64,000 bases of DNA from Haliotis cracherodii (taxonomy: Eukaryota). Made by a program: the position numbers and the translations under genes. Numbering within the stretch: the stretch's first letter is position 1; every line of letters begins with the position of its first letter. Shown one piece after another: positions 61,585 through 64,000 of this stretch. The notes under the pieces were generated by a model. That model was not told where the DNA came from and searched no databases. It saw only the letters and a list, made by a program, of their open reading frames with translations. The stretch lies in assembly GCF_022045235.1 (NCBI RefSeq), contig NW_027266319.1, positions 8,494,001 through 8,558,000 on the forward strand. Direction: 5' to 3'.

Positions 61585-62934
61585 TGTCACGTATTGAATC
61601 AACCACAAACACAAATGAAGTTGTAATACAGATTTATTCCCTCCCTTAAAGTAATTTTAAATCCCAATAACAATATCTAAATTCAAACTAATACCAAATT
61701 AACTAACACAACTAACTAAACTAGCTTCTCCTACCAATAACAATACTACCACCTACTACTAATACTAATATCTTAATACTAACAGTACAAATGTCTACTA
61801 CTAATAATACAACTATCTCCTACTAACAATACAACTATCACGATACACTATCCTGATACTAATAGTTTACTTCTAAAAATACTAACACTAATACAGATGT
61901 TCTAAGAATAACACAACTAATACACAGTAAAACTTTGTGTGTGTATATATATACAACAACAACACACAACCACAAAAAAAAACAACCAAAAGATACAAAG
62001 CCACTCCACTGTCACTGTCACAACAGTTCTATACAGAACTTTAGAATCTCTGATGTTATTGAGCAGTTCATACGAGAATTCTTCCTCGTAATAACGAATG
62101 GTGATCTTTCCACCCAGGCGATGTTGTCCCCACGGAGTTAGGGGTGCCTGTTTACATGGATGCCACGGCTGTGTTCATCCTACGATGTGCCACGGAGACG
62201 AAGATACTTCTCTCCTTACGTTGGGTCGGAGAACTTCTCTCCTTACGTGATGTTGGAGGTTGTTACTTCCTCCTACGTAATATCGGAGGTTCTTCCCTCC
62301 TACGCACTCTAAGGTTAACCGGCCAGTTCCGGGACACTACAATGTAATATACGCAATTACAGTCACTGAGGTATGTGTCACTACCTCACAATACATACAG
62401 CCATGCACCAATACTCCGATTTACATATTACTGAGTTGAACTGTTTACACTTTGATCATGTTGTGGTTAATTGTTACAGTGGCTTTACGCTATTACCATC
62501 AATATGTGTATATAATTACGTTTGGAAAAAATACATAACTCAAAATTCTATCCTCTAAAATACAATTCAACATGAAACAATAAATGTAAAAACTTACGCC
62601 AACCAGAGTAGAAGTCTCCCACAATATTAGTCCATGCCTTACATGACCATGCTGATTCTGGCTGACTGTCCAAATTATTACCCTGCCCCGCTATTTAAAC
62701 TGACCCCAAAGCCCAAGCTACCCCTGACCTCCCTATTGTTACACCAATTAACTCCCCAGCTATCAGCCGTACCCAGTCACGCTTCCCTGAACCTAACCTG
62801 TTCCCATAGTATTACCTGACAATATCTAAAAACAACTCGCTAAGCTTAATATACTAATGTAACCATACCGTAATACATCTATCTGAAGTACTAACATATA
62901 ATTAAAATATACAAGATTATCTGTGATCTTGACA
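61585..62934 (-). repeat. 5' LTR (1350 bp)
   Basis: Adjacent to the PBS; near-identical to 55196-56545. Confidence 0.97.
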
Positions 62935-63183
62935 CTAATGACACATTTTAATCGCAATATCCCGCGTTTAGCACGTACATGTTATTGATGCGAAAGTCGC
63001 TGACGATGGTCCTTAAAAATGAAGTAGACACAAATTGTAAATTTTACAAATTGCATCCATGATGGGAATCGAACCGGGTTTTTGACGGTCGAGCGAAAAC
63101 TTTACCCACTATGCCACCTCACCAGACTTCGAAGAATGAATTTCGGACATAACATACCAAAAATATATTTTAATTTATAATTA

Positions 63184-63354
63184 CAGTAAAATACGTTTAT
63201 AAGGAACACGCTTATAACGAACGGATATTACGAACTTAATTTTTGGTCCCGGCCAATTGCTGTATAGATGTTGTATATATGCTTATAACGAACTACGGTT
63301 ATAACGAACTAAAATTAGTGGTCCATTTGAGTTCGTCATAACAGTAGTTTACTG
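63184..63354. mobile_element. MITE family A copy
   Basis: TA-CAGTAAAATACG...AGTAGTTTACTG-TA. Confidence 0.82.
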
Positions 63355-63650
63355 TATTACGTTGATATGTGTTGATTTGTTGTTTAAAGCCAACTCAGCA
63401 ATATTCCAGCTATATTAAGACGGCTTGTAATTATTCAAATTTATACCAGACAAACCAATGATTGATATCAGGAACAACGTTATCGATCCTGACAACCGAT
63501 CTCTATAGCCGACTCGAGCGACAAGCACGGGTTGCTGAGGACCTAACCTAGCCCGGAATGCCTGAGGGTTTTTTACTTTGGTAGATGCAAAGACCGACGT
63601 CGCGGATAACTCCCACGTGGATGAACGTGTAATGATTTTGTGTCTTTCAG

Positions 63651-63904
63651 AAAAATTGGTCAACAGGAATCAGACGTCGACAGCGGCATCGCATCCATGT
63701 CTCGAGGTAAAGGGGGGAAGCGACGGGGCGGTAAGGGAGGGGGGATTGATGAAGAGGAGACGCCGCAGGAACGACACAGACGGAAACAGGGGAAGAGGGA
63801 CGCTGATAGCGACAGCGACTACAGTTACAAAAGTCACCGTAGCGCCGGCGGCACACGTCACGTCAGACGACGACGGAAAAGGGCGGATGGCACTTACAGC
63901 GATG
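63651..63904 (+). CDS. Host gene exon 10 (KIGQQESDVDSGIASMSRGKGG...RRRRKRADGTYSD), phase 2 to 1; gene continues beyond the window
   Basis: TGTCTTTCAG acceptor, GATG|GTGAGT donor; frame matches exon 9. Confidence 0.88.
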
Positions 63905-64000
63905 GTGAGTAAAAGTGACATTCCTGGGCCTTTGGTTCGAACATCTCATTTCCACGATCACAGAACTAAAATGGATGAGTTCATCGCAGGCTATCTGGTC

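Larger units (their letters stand above)
55196..62934 (-). mobile_element. Full-length Ty3/Gypsy LTR retrotransposon, Gmr1-like (PR-IN-RT-RH), intronic and antisense to the host gene
   Basis: TG...CA LTRs, 5-bp TSD CTAAT (55191, 62935), PBS, PPT and gag-pol domains. Confidence 0.97.

Overview
Repeat-rich animal (non-bacterial) genomic DNA. The SINE families with (CACT)n/(CAAA)n tails suggest a gastropod mollusc, possibly abalone; this is an inference from recalled repeat families, not a search. Most of the window is the 5' part of one large + strand multi-exon gene. Ten phase-compatible GT-AG exons (12479-63904) join into a single reading frame that continues past the window. The protein is unrecognised: it has a CX2CX5HX2C mini-exon, five tandem ~60-aa 'RTKSGR...W' repeats and a basic/acidic low-complexity region with a DSGIAS motif. 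Two further candidate alternative first or cassette exons lie at ~24.3 kb and ~39.9 kb. One intron holds a very young, full-length antisense Ty3/Gypsy LTR retrotransposon (55196-62934). It has the unusual Gmr1-type order gag-PR-IN-RT-RH, 1350-bp LTRs with 3 differences seen, a CTAAT TSD, a tRNA-Leu PBS and one frameshift. Its LTRs carry an array of five stem-loops with conserved stems and variable loops. The rest is four short retroposon families (one with no tRNA head and a predicted 5' pseudoknot), several MITE families including nested ones, an I/Nimb-like LINE remnant, mini/microsatellites with higher-order structure, and two assembly gaps. No CRISPR array, rRNA or true tRNA gene was seen.
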